From: a bacterium
GTDB lineage: Bacteria; Zhuqueibacterota; Zhuqueibacteria; Zhuqueibacterales; Geothermadaptataceae
Assembly: GCA_024275575.1 (NCBI GenBank)
Contig: JAJRYV010000085.1
Location: forward strand, 65,490 to 129,489
Reading direction: 5' to 3'
Length of the DNA stretch: 64,000 bases
In this document: positions 39,765-48,229 of the stretch, piece by piece
Layout of the letters: the number at the start of each line of letters is the position of its first letter
Position numbering within the stretch: the first letter of the stretch is position 1
Made by a program: the position numbers and the translations under genes
The notes under the pieces: model-generated
The model's database searches: none
What the model saw: the letters and a program-made list of their open reading frames with translations, nothing else
What the model was told of the DNA's origin: nothing

Positions 39765-39945
39765 ACGGACGTGTTGAACCAGGCAAACGCCATGACTGTC
39801 GGATACTAAGCCTGAAGCCTGATCTGCGGGTGGCGGCGTCCCGCTTCGGCAAGCTCAGCGTCCGGCAACCCGGTGAGGTCATCGCTTCCCTCGATGTTCA
39901 AAAGTTGAGAATCCGGAGTCACCTAACACCACCCTAAGAGCCTTA
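39765..39945 (-). promoter_or_regulatory. GC-rich structured 5' leader of the TonB-dependent receptor (candidate riboswitch, class unresolved)
   Basis: About 180 nt that are visibly more GC-rich than the AT-rich flanks, 190-370 nt upstream of the receptor start. Multiple helices, e.g. CGGACG (39859-39864) with CGTCCG (39766-39771). Minus-strand blocks AGGGTGGTG, AGGTGACTCCGG, GGGAAGCGATGACC and GCCGCCACC loosely recall cobalamin-riboswitch blocks. Confidence 0.3.
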
Positions 39946-39956
39946 TATTAACAGAA

Positions 39957-40571
39957 TTGAAAATCACACCCATGCGTAATAAAAATATGGATATCGGTGA
40001 CATTATTCGTTTCAAAACGGCAAAAAACAAACTTCTTTATGGCCGGATAGAAAATACCGGCAGAAAGAATTATCGCGTTTTGTTGCCGGACGGCCGTTTT
40101 TTTCTCGTCCCCTTCCGTCTTGCTGCAAAGTGGGAAGGCGATTTCGCGCACCCTCTGCCGGCGCCTGCGGGACATGTGGATGCTTACGGCAAACAGCTCG
40201 TGAACCTTGCCAGGCAATTGCTGGAGGGGTTAGATATTTCACTGCCGGTACGCTACCGGATGAACGTCTGGGCAACATATTACAAAAAAAACTCCCATAT
40301 CCAGTTTGGCGGCAGGTGTATCCGATACCAGTTTTTTAGCGGACGCGGATACGATTCAATCAGCGCCAACATCAATCGCTTTGGTCTGGATTTTTCGCTG
40401 CACAGCAAACTTGCCGTTCTGGTCTGCCACGAATGTGCGCACGTAATCACCGGGCGGAAATACAACAATCGTGTACGGGCACATGGCAAGGAATTTTATC
40501 ACGAGCTCAGTTTGCTCATCGATAGTTGGTATCCCAACTTGATACAAAAACTGAATTCTCCGAAAAATTAG
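39957..40571 (+). CDS. SprT-like zinc-metallopeptidase-fold protein
   Basis: LVCHECAHVITGRKYNNRVRAHGKEFYHEL matches the SprT-type HExxH...HG.EF pattern. The start is uncertain (several in-frame Met within the first 11 codons). Confidence 0.55.
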   Translation: MKITPMRNKNMDIGDIIRFKTAKNKLLYGRIENTGRKNYRVLLPDGRFFLVPFRLAAKWEGDFAHPLPAPAGHVDAYGKQLVNLARQLLEGLDISLPVRYRMNVWATYYKKNSHIQFGGRCIRYQFFSGRGYDSISANINRFGLDFSLHSKLAVLVCHECAHVITGRKYNNRVRAHGKEFYHELSLLIDSWYPNLIQKLNSPKN

Positions 40572-40717
40572 CCGGACATGGGCGATAAATCACAAAATAT
40601 CCAGCCCGCTATTTGCGACAATTGCAAGCAATCATTAACAATTCATCTTTCACTTTTTTTAGCAGGGTTGAATTTGTATATTGGCGTAGGTTGTTTTGAA
40701 AAATCAGGAGATTAGAA

Positions 40718-41107
40718 TTGAAAAAATTGGAAAATCCGGTCATAGAAAAGGATATCGTTTTAATACATATCGAAGGTGAGCCGCAATTTTTTGCCCGCGT
40801 GGAAGGATTTACACCGGACAAAAAACCAAACTGGTGGCAGGTAAAATTGCTCATTTTACAGGTTCCGCTTCTCGTGGCTACCTGGATTCTGCGCCATGAA
40901 CAAATAAATGGTGAAGAATTTACCATGCAGGGACGAACAATTCGTATGGAGAAAGTTGAAGCGCCAGAAACAAGAGAAACGCCGGCTGAGTTGAACGAGG
41001 TAGAGAATCATGAAATCGGTGAGATCACTCAAAAAGAGAAAAAAAAACAAACAGGAAAACAAGCCAGAATTCTATCTCTCGGTGGTAAAAACGAAACGAT
41101 TTTCTGA
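40718..41107 (+). CDS. hypothetical protein (129 aa) with acidic/lysine-rich tail
   Basis: TTG start 6 nt after AGGAGA. Compact N-terminal domain, then a charged tail ending QARILSLGGKNETIF. No family recognised. Confidence 0.45.
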   Translation: MKKLENPVIEKDIVLIHIEGEPQFFARVEGFTPDKKPNWWQVKLLILQVPLLVATWILRHEQINGEEFTMQGRTIRMEKVEAPETRETPAELNEVENHEIGEITQKEKKKQTGKQARILSLGGKNETIF

Positions 41108-41172
41108 AATTCTATTCGCAGTACTAAAACGACATTCAATACACATTAATCGCAACCCAGGAGTTCAATATC

Positions 41173-42342
41173 ATGGTGAAAAAACGTGAAGTCATCGATA
41201 AATCTGGCAACAAACATTCATTCAGCGAAGGCATGGCCGGTGTCATTGCAACCACCAGTGAAATTTGCTTCATCAACGGTGCCGAGGGTAAATTAATTTA
41301 CCGGGGTGTGCCCATCGAAGACCTGGCGGAAAAATCGACATTCGAAGAAACGAGCTATTTTTTACTCTATGGTGAATTGCCGACGCAAAAGGAATTGCAC
41401 GAATTCGAAAAACGCCTGAAAAAACATCGCGCTATTCCTGCTACAGTGCTCGACGTCATGAAACAGATGCCCGATGACGCCAACACCATGCAAACGTTGC
41501 GAACCGTCGTTTCGCTCATGGGATTATATGAGCCTAAAAATGACGAACACAGCGTCAAAGAGACATCCGGGGAAGTGGAAAAACTCATCGCTGTTTTTCC
41601 CACGATCGTCGCGGCAATTCAGCGTTTGCGCGAGGGTAAAGAACCGGTCGCACCCGATAATTCCCTGAGCCATGCAGCCAATCTCATTTATATGGTCACC
41701 GGTGAAAAACCCGATGACTATGCCGCCCGCGTTCTCGATGTTTGCCTGATTCTGCATGCGGAACACGGGTTCAATGCAAGCACATTTACTTCGCGCGTCG
41801 TCATCTCGACACTCACCGATGTTTACAGTGCCGTCACCGCGGCGATCGGCAGCCTGCGCGGGCCGCTGCACGGCGGCGCCAACGAAGGTGTAATGCATCT
41901 TCTCGATGAAATAGGTGATCTGGAATCAGTCGAAAAAGTCATTAAAAACAAACTGGAAACGAAAGCAAAAATTATGGGTTTCGGCCACCGGGTCTATAAA
42001 GTACTGGATCCACGCGCTAAAATTCTCAGCCAATATTCCAAACGACTGGCGGAAATCACGGGCAAGCAAAAGTATTATGCCATGTCGAAAAAAATCGAAG
42101 AAATCATGAAACGGGAAGTTGGCGACCGCGGCATTTATCCCAACGTTGATTTTTTCAGCGCTTCGGTCTATCATTATCTTGGTTTCAGCCTGGAAATCTA
42201 TACGCCGATTTTTGCAGTGAGCCGAATCTCAGGTTGGGGCGCCCACATAATGGAACAATTGCGTGAAAACCGACTTTTCCGGCCTACCAGCGTCTATCTC
42301 GGTGATATCGACCGGAAGTATATGGCAATTTCCGACAGATAA
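41173..42342 (+). CDS. gltA: citrate synthase (small, type I / 2-methylcitrate synthase-like)
   Basis: 389 aa. LILHAEHGFNAST, GPLHGGANE and GFGHRVYK catalytic motifs. Confidence 0.93.
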   Translation: MVKKREVIDKSGNKHSFSEGMAGVIATTSEICFINGAEGKLIYRGVPIEDLAEKSTFEETSYFLLYGELPTQKELHEFEKRLKKHRAIPATVLDVMKQMPDDANTMQTLRTVVSLMGLYEPKNDEHSVKETSGEVEKLIAVFPTIVAAIQRLREGKEPVAPDNSLSHAANLIYMVTGEKPDDYAARVLDVCLILHAEHGFNASTFTSRVVISTLTDVYSAVTAAIGSLRGPLHGGANEGVMHLLDEIGDLESVEKVIKNKLETKAKIMGFGHRVYKVLDPRAKILSQYSKRLAEITGKQKYYAMSKKIEEIMKREVGDRGIYPNVDFFSASVYHYLGFSLEIYTPIFAVSRISGWGAHIMEQLRENRLFRPTSVYLGDIDRKYMAISDR

Positions 42343-42348
42343 ATTGGA

Positions 42349-42379
42349 AGCGGGTATTCGGGAAATACCCGCTTTTTTG
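42349..42379 (+). terminator. rho-independent terminator after citrate synthase
   Basis: Stem AGCGGGTAT / ATACCCGCT, loop TCGGGAA, followed by TTTTTTG. Starts 7 nt after the stop codon. Confidence 0.8.
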
Positions 42380-42471
42380 TAAACTCATTTCAAGCCAAAT
42401 ACGCAAATCAGACATCTACACCCAGTACAACTACGGCTGACCGGGAATAAAAACACTAAAAACCGGCGGAT

Positions 42472-43494
42472 TTGATGAAATTAAAAATCAGTAGTAAAAA
42501 ACTTGAATTAAAACATACCTGGATCATCGCACGCGGATCGGCGGATTTCAAGGAATATAATTACATCGAAATTGAGGATGCTGGCACCACCGGTCTCGGT
42601 GAGGCTGCACATAATGGGCGTTATGGCGAAAGTCTGGGATCGGTTCGGGCATTTCTCGAGCAGGCACGACCAGTGTTAAATGATGCGAATCCGGCGGAAT
42701 TTTATAATCTGGGTTTTGAAATCGCTCAACTCGCCCCCGGCCAGCAGGCTGCCAAAGCCGCCATCGATATGGCGCTTATCGATTGGAACGCAAAAAAAAT
42801 GGGGGTACCCTATTACCGCTGGCTTGGCCTGTGTGTTCAACAAACACCTGTCACCAGCTTTTCCATCGGCATCGACAAAATTGAGGTGATGCAGCAAAAA
42901 ATACTCGAGGCCGATTCGTATCCGATCCTGAAAATCAAGCTCGGCACATCTGATGACGAAGAAATCATGCGTGCTGTTCGCGAAATCACCGATAAAACGA
43001 TCCGTGTCGACGCCAATGAGGGCTGGACAGATCGACACGAAGCGCTGGAAAAGATCGAATGGCTGGCCGGACTCGGCGTTGAATTTGTGGAACAACCGAT
43101 GCCGGCAGATCATCTCGATGAAACAGCTTGGCTACGGCAACGCTCCCCCCTGCCGCTGATCGCCGATGAAGATGTGAAAACCGCAAACGATATTCCGGCG
43201 CTGGCCCACGCCTATGACGGCATCAATATAAAAATCATGAAATCGGGTGGTTTGCAGGAAGCCTGGCGCATGATCCAGCTTGCCCGTTCTCTCAACCTCA
43301 AAATCATGTTGGGTTGCATGGTCGAAAGCGCTCTCGGCATTACAGCGGCCGCCCATCTCTCACCCCTGGTAAACTGGGCCGATCTCGACGGCAACCTGCT
43401 GATAAAAAACGACCCCTTTCATGGCATGGTTGTGAAAAAAGGAAAAATAACATTACCGAACGCGACCGGACTTGGCGTCCAGCCGATCTATTAA
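42472..43494 (+). CDS. dipeptide epimerase (L-Ala-D/L-Glu epimerase type, enolase superfamily)
   Basis: 340 aa. LKIKLG (catalytic Lys), VDANEGW, VEQP, ADED metal ligands, and INIKIMKSGG (second Lys). Confidence 0.88.
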   Translation: MMKLKISSKKLELKHTWIIARGSADFKEYNYIEIEDAGTTGLGEAAHNGRYGESLGSVRAFLEQARPVLNDANPAEFYNLGFEIAQLAPGQQAAKAAIDMALIDWNAKKMGVPYYRWLGLCVQQTPVTSFSIGIDKIEVMQQKILEADSYPILKIKLGTSDDEEIMRAVREITDKTIRVDANEGWTDRHEALEKIEWLAGLGVEFVEQPMPADHLDETAWLRQRSPLPLIADEDVKTANDIPALAHAYDGINIKIMKSGGLQEAWRMIQLARSLNLKIMLGCMVESALGITAAAHLSPLVNWADLDGNLLIKNDPFHGMVVKKGKITLPNATGLGVQPIY

Positions 43495-43553
43495 AACAGA
43501 GTACTATTGCTATTGTAATTGCAAAAAACAAAAAAACCATGAGTACGGCAATT

Positions 43554-43645
43554 CCCTGATGTGCTCATCGGGGATTTAAGCCCACATGTTTGCCCGCCAG
43601 GGAATCCCCGACGGAATTGCTGGCGGAATTCTATGATTGACAAGC
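43554..43645 (-). repeat. intergenic repeat, R-family copy 3 (inverted orientation)
   Basis: The reverse complement reads GCTTGTCAATCATAGAATTCCGCCAG...CTGGCGG...GTGGGCTTAAATCCCCGATGAGCACATCAGGG. Same block order and spacing as copies 1 and 2. Confidence 0.7.
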
Positions 43646-43955
43646 AGAAAAAAATCTCCCCAAGAGGATACGACTAAACAAGATACGTTTGTATTCCAAC
43701 AAGTGATGTACCTCTGTATTATCTTGGGTAGCCGGTTAATGCCACCGCCAACAAAGCCGAAAAGCACCTCCCCAATTACGTAAAAACTGTCATTTCTTTC
43801 ACGCAACCCTGCCTTTGAATGGTATAAATCAAGCTATCTCAAATCAGAATTGTATAATCCTGTCATTTATTATTTGAGCGAAAGATATCTTGTGGCGAAA
43901 ATATGATAGACAAAACCGCAACAACCCTGAAATTTAAATAAAGGAAAATTCACCG

Positions 43956-44549
43956 ATGAAATACCTTCGCTTCTTCCGATTCATTGTGCTGCCGTTCTTT
44001 ATCTGGCAAACGATGCTGGCCACTGAAGTCACCCCCCGCAATGTTGAAGAATTGACCGGGCTGGCAAAAAGACTATTTTACGGTCGCTGCATCTCGGTTT
44101 CCGAAATCTTTCTCCCGGATGCCATTTCTTACACCGAATATACTTTTGAAGTCATCAGCACCTTGAAAGGCAACATGGGCAAAACGGTTACTTTCAGGCA
44201 GTACGGTTTGCTGCACCCGGTAAAATTACCGGATAATACCATTTTTCTCGGCAATGTAACCGGCATGCCTGTCTACAAAGAGGGGCAGGAATATTTGCTA
44301 TTTCTGCTGGCGGACAGTCGGCTTGGCCTCACCAGCCCGGCCGGATTATTTCAAGGGTCATTCAAAATATTGAAAAATTATCACAGTGAGAAATTTGCAG
44401 TCAATTCTGTAAATAACAGCGGTTTGCTGCGAGGAGTCCCGCCGGCAAAAAAGGCTTTGCTTAAAAAAACATCCCGAACAAGCATGGCAAATGGCGCGCT
44501 TGAGCTGCATGACTTTATGCAATTAATTCGCACTTACATCGACAAGTAA
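43956..44549 (+). CDS. hypothetical secreted protein (197 aa)
   Basis: N-terminal signal-like segment FFRFIVLPFFIWQTMLA. Lies 33 nt upstream of the metzincin gene on the same strand. No recognised motif. Confidence 0.5.
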   Translation: MKYLRFFRFIVLPFFIWQTMLATEVTPRNVEELTGLAKRLFYGRCISVSEIFLPDAISYTEYTFEVISTLKGNMGKTVTFRQYGLLHPVKLPDNTIFLGNVTGMPVYKEGQEYLLFLLADSRLGLTSPAGLFQGSFKILKNYHSEKFAVNSVNNSGLLRGVPPAKKALLKKTSRTSMANGALELHDFMQLIRTYIDK

Positions 44550-44582
44550 TCGATTCTTCAACATGAAATCAGGATAGATAGA

Positions 44583-46079
44583 ATGAGACCAATAAAAAAA
44601 ATTGAGCTGATTATGCTTATGACCCTGTTGTTTACTTTTATAATCCCCTGTCTGACATTTGCCGGCGGTTTTCTCGTCGTATCCAATGCGAACCAGCCCT
44701 ACAAATGGAATACCGCCCAATTCCCCATTAAATACCACGTCGATCAGGGGAAATGCGGCGCCCTCAGCAATGCAGCGATGACACAACTCGTGCAAGACAA
44801 CATCACAAAATGGACCACATCCAACATTCCTTATTCAAGTGTACAATTTTCCAGCGGTGGTTCGTTGACTTCCGATATCACAACGGCGGCTCAATTCGAG
44901 CAGGTGCGCCTGGCGCAAGATGGGAAAAATCCCATCGTTTACGATGTCGATGGTTCTATCATCGCCGATCTGGGTATGGAACCAGGTGTCATCGGTTTTG
45001 CCTCGCCGGTTTATGTAACCTCAAATGGTTTCATCGTCAAAGGCGTCGCCGTGTTCAACGGCAATTTTCTCGATGGTGATACACAGGACGGCTATGAATT
45101 GAACACAACGGAATTCGGTGCCATTATTCTGCATGAGTTCGGGCATTTTCTCAACCTCGATCACACGCAAATTAACGGACAATATTACATCAACGATAGT
45201 GATCCCGGGTTCCAGCTCTACGGCAATCCACCGGTGAGCTCAATCAGCATCATGTTTCCCTTTGCCCTCGGCCTGGGGGAACCCGTGGTACCACAATCGG
45301 ATGATATCCGCGCTATCGCTAATTTGTACCCCACAGCAGCTTACACCAGCGAAACCAGGACGATCTCCGGCAGAATTTTACTCTCTGACGGCGTGACGCC
45401 GCTCACCGGTGCAAATATTATCGCACGAAACAATGCTGACCCGTTTATCGACGTCGCCTCCTATATTTCAGGAGCCCTCACTTCGGATGACCCCAATGAT
45501 CCGGCCATCGCCGGTTATTACACTATTTCCGGGCTCACCGCTGGAGCAAATTATACGATTGAAGTCGTAAACATCAACAGTGAGTTCATTTCCAGTTCAT
45601 CCATCGGCCCGCTTGATACACCCATTGTGCTGAGTTCTCCGGAAGAATTCTATAACGGCGACGGGGAAAACAACGACGGGCTGGCAGATGATACGAATGC
45701 ATGGTCACTTGTACCCGCAGGTTCGGCAAATATCGATATCATTCTCAATTCCGCCCTGACAGCCGTCGAAGAGTCGTCTTCGCCATCACTGCAGCGACCA
45801 CGGTCCATCGAGCTTTTCAGCAATTATCCAAATCCGTTTAATCCTGAGACAAAAATCAGTTTTGAAACCGGGCAGAGTCAGTTTATCCGGCTCGCTATTT
45901 TCAATGTTCGAGGCCGGCAAATTCGGATTCTGCTTGACCAGCAAATGCCTGCGGGTCGGTTTTCAGTCGCCTGGAATGGCCGCGATACTGCCGGAAAAGA
46001 AGTCGCCGGCGGAATATATTTCTATAAAATCACTACTGCACGGCAAAACCTTAGCCGTAAGATGTTACTGCTTCGCTGA
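44583..46079 (+). CDS. secreted metzincin-like zinc protease with T9SS C-terminal sorting domain
   Basis: Signal peptide. HEFGHFLNLDH fits HExxHxxxxxH metzincin spacing. C-terminus NYPNPFNPET...GGIYFYKI...RKMLLLR. Confidence 0.75.
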   Translation: MRPIKKIELIMLMTLLFTFIIPCLTFAGGFLVVSNANQPYKWNTAQFPIKYHVDQGKCGALSNAAMTQLVQDNITKWTTSNIPYSSVQFSSGGSLTSDITTAAQFEQVRLAQDGKNPIVYDVDGSIIADLGMEPGVIGFASPVYVTSNGFIVKGVAVFNGNFLDGDTQDGYELNTTEFGAIILHEFGHFLNLDHTQINGQYYINDSDPGFQLYGNPPVSSISIMFPFALGLGEPVVPQSDDIRAIANLYPTAAYTSETRTISGRILLSDGVTPLTGANIIARNNADPFIDVASYISGALTSDDPNDPAIAGYYTISGLTAGANYTIEVVNINSEFISSSSIGPLDTPIVLSSPEEFYNGDGENNDGLADDTNAWSLVPAGSANIDIILNSALTAVEESSSPSLQRPRSIELFSNYPNPFNPETKISFETGQSQFIRLAIFNVRGRQIRILLDQQMPAGRFSVAWNGRDTAGKEVAGGIYFYKITTARQNLSRKMLLLR

Positions 46080-46352
46080 CATTTCCGTCATGGGAATTTG
46101 GGCAAATCAACCTCAATTCCCATTTTTTCCATCCCTCCATTTCTCAATTCATATCCGTCAGCCTATTTGTATTAACCCAGTTAAATTCCCACCTTTTATT
46201 CACAGGCGAATCAGAGTATCGGTAAAGGTTCAGCCTGAAACAGGCGATATGTAAGTATGCATTTATATTGAAGCCAATTTTCCGAAACCATATCCAGCGT
46301 TTGAACCGGGATTTCAGAGCTTTTTATTGCGATATTACTTTCTGGATTTCTT

Positions 46353-47873
46353 ATGAATGTACTGATATCACAGAGTGATCATGATTTTGCATTGATGCTC
46401 AACACCATGTTGACAGCAAACAGGTCAACCGGAAAAATCAAAATACTGCCACAGGAAGCTGATCTGTTCCAGGAAAAAATCAGTGATTATAATCTGCTGA
46501 TCCTCGATGATTCTGCACAAACATTCTCATTATTCAAGCAATTAAAAAAACAAAACCCCATGCAAATCCCGGCGGTTATTTTCTTCTTCAACCCCGATAA
46601 ACCGGAGGCCGGCAAAAAAGCACTGCAGCACGGCATAAGCTATGCTCTGCCGAAAAACCATGCCGTTTTAAACCTTATCAATGAACTGGCACGGCAAGCC
46701 ATCATCATCAATCAGAACGCGACAAAGGTAACGATTCTTTCGCGGCAACTCGAAGAGGCCGATAAAGCGGCATTCATCGGTAGAATTTCCGCCGGACTGG
46801 CGCACGATTTTAACAATATCCTGCACTTGATCAACGGGCACGCCCAAGCAGCCATGGGATTTCCCGATACCGAAGTAAAGAACGCCTCCCTCGATATCAT
46901 CCGCGATTGCTGCGAGCAGGGACAAAATATTGCAACCCAGTTGGCGAAACTACTCAAACCAAAATCGCCGGTGCACAACAAAATCGCCATTGCAACGATT
47001 CTCGAAACAGCTCTACAATTTATGCAATATGAATTGACGCGCTGCAAAATTGAAATCGAAAAGGATTTTGCCGCCGATTTGCGAGTCATTTGCAACGAGG
47101 AACAAATACTGCAAACCTTCCTGAATTTTTTAACCAATGCCCGGGATAATATGCACATAACCGGAGGCACGCTCAAAATCTCAACCAGACGAGAAAAGAA
47201 CACGGTGCTCATTGAATTTGCAGATAGCGGAACGGGTATCGAAGAGCCCCTGCTCGAAAAAATTTTCGACCCCATGTTTACTACAAAAAACTCCGAAAAT
47301 CATTCGCAGGAATTCGGCGGTTCAGGACTCGGTCTGTTTATTTCTAAAAATATCATCGAGCAACACAACGGTTCGATCGCTGTCCAAAACCGTGAAAGCG
47401 GTGGAACGATTTTCTCTATTTCACTGCCGATTGCCGCAGCGGCAAAACCGGCCCGGCGGCAAAATAAAAAACTGCAAACGGAACAAAATCCGCAAAAACA
47501 AAAAGATAATCTCGACATTCTCGTCGTCGAAGATGAAGTGATGATTCAGTCTGTGTTGAAAAATTTATTATCGCGTGACGGGCACAAAGTCACGCTGGTC
47601 GATGACGGTGAATTAGCGCTGGAAAAAGTCAATGGTCATGATTACGATCTGATTTTAAGCGATCTCAATATGCCGAATATGACTGGCCTCGATTTCTTTA
47701 AAAAAGCGAAAGAGATCAAAAGTAACGTAAAAGTTGTGATGATTACCGGCGACCATTTCAGCGCTGATTTGCAGGAAGCTGAAGAAGCCGGTGCATGCGG
47801 CCAGTTATTGAAACCCTTCAACAAACAGGAAATCGATGCCGTTCTAGCCAAAATCAGAGCCATCCCCGAATGA
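46353..47873 (+). CDS. hybrid sensor histidine kinase (receiver-like N-domain, HisKA, HATPase_c, C-terminal receiver)
   Basis: H-box AGLAHDFNNIL, N-box FLTNARDN, DSGTGI, GSGLGL. C-terminal receiver ILVVEDE...DLILSDLNMP...KPF. Confidence 0.88.
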   Translation: MNVLISQSDHDFALMLNTMLTANRSTGKIKILPQEADLFQEKISDYNLLILDDSAQTFSLFKQLKKQNPMQIPAVIFFFNPDKPEAGKKALQHGISYALPKNHAVLNLINELARQAIIINQNATKVTILSRQLEEADKAAFIGRISAGLAHDFNNILHLINGHAQAAMGFPDTEVKNASLDIIRDCCEQGQNIATQLAKLLKPKSPVHNKIAIATILETALQFMQYELTRCKIEIEKDFAADLRVICNEEQILQTFLNFLTNARDNMHITGGTLKISTRREKNTVLIEFADSGTGIEEPLLEKIFDPMFTTKNSENHSQEFGGSGLGLFISKNIIEQHNGSIAVQNRESGGTIFSISLPIAAAAKPARRQNKKLQTEQNPQKQKDNLDILVVEDEVMIQSVLKNLLSRDGHKVTLVDDGELALEKVNGHDYDLILSDLNMPNMTGLDFFKKAKEIKSNVKVVMITGDHFSADLQEAEEAGACGQLLKPFNKQEIDAVLAKIRAIPE

Positions 47874-48229
47874 GCTGCATCCCTCACAACAGACATCTCA
47901 CAAATTCAACAATTTATTAACCAGCCACCACATCATTGCACTAATCTTGAACGTCCATAAAAATTGTAAACGGAGAGTCTAAATCATATCTCTTCAGCGC
48001 ATCAGGTGTTCGCTGAGCTTCTCTGGCGCACGCTGAAGAGACACTATAAATAATGTGTTGAAACAGGCTGTATTCTGTTGCGCTAATTCGCTTGCATTTT
48101 TACTGAGAATTTTCTAATATACTCGACTTTATTTTTTAGGGGAAAATTAGCCTGATGTTGACCATTCGAAGTCAATTTCCACGGACATAACGATACTCGG
48201 CCTGTAGGGCTGAACAGGAGAAACAACCG

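Noticed and set aside
39765-39945. Alternative riboswitch identities for the GC-rich leader: TPP (TTAGGGTG...CTTTTGAAC...AGGGAAG), SAM-I on the plus strand (CCGGCAACC...GGTGA...GAATCC), glycine (GCCGAAGCGGGAC...TCAGGC...GACAG) and SRP RNA.
   Set aside because: Each comparison matched only 2-3 short blocks and lacked obligatory elements. TPP lacks CTGAGA and the CCTGATCTGGATAATGCCAGCG segment. SAM-I lacks GAGGGA/GGCCC. Glycine lacks GGAGAG. SRP lacks the GGAAGGAAGCAGC apex. Left as unclassified.
43576-43806. 76-aa ORF in the 460-nt gap before the secreted-protein/metzincin pair.
   Set aside because: It overlaps repeat R3, has no RBS and odd composition, and its C-terminal part is just the translated repeat.
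47874-48229. T-box leader upstream of leuS.
   Set aside because: There is no AGGGTGGTACCGCG-type T-box sequence or specifier-loop architecture, and T-boxes are not expected in this lineage.
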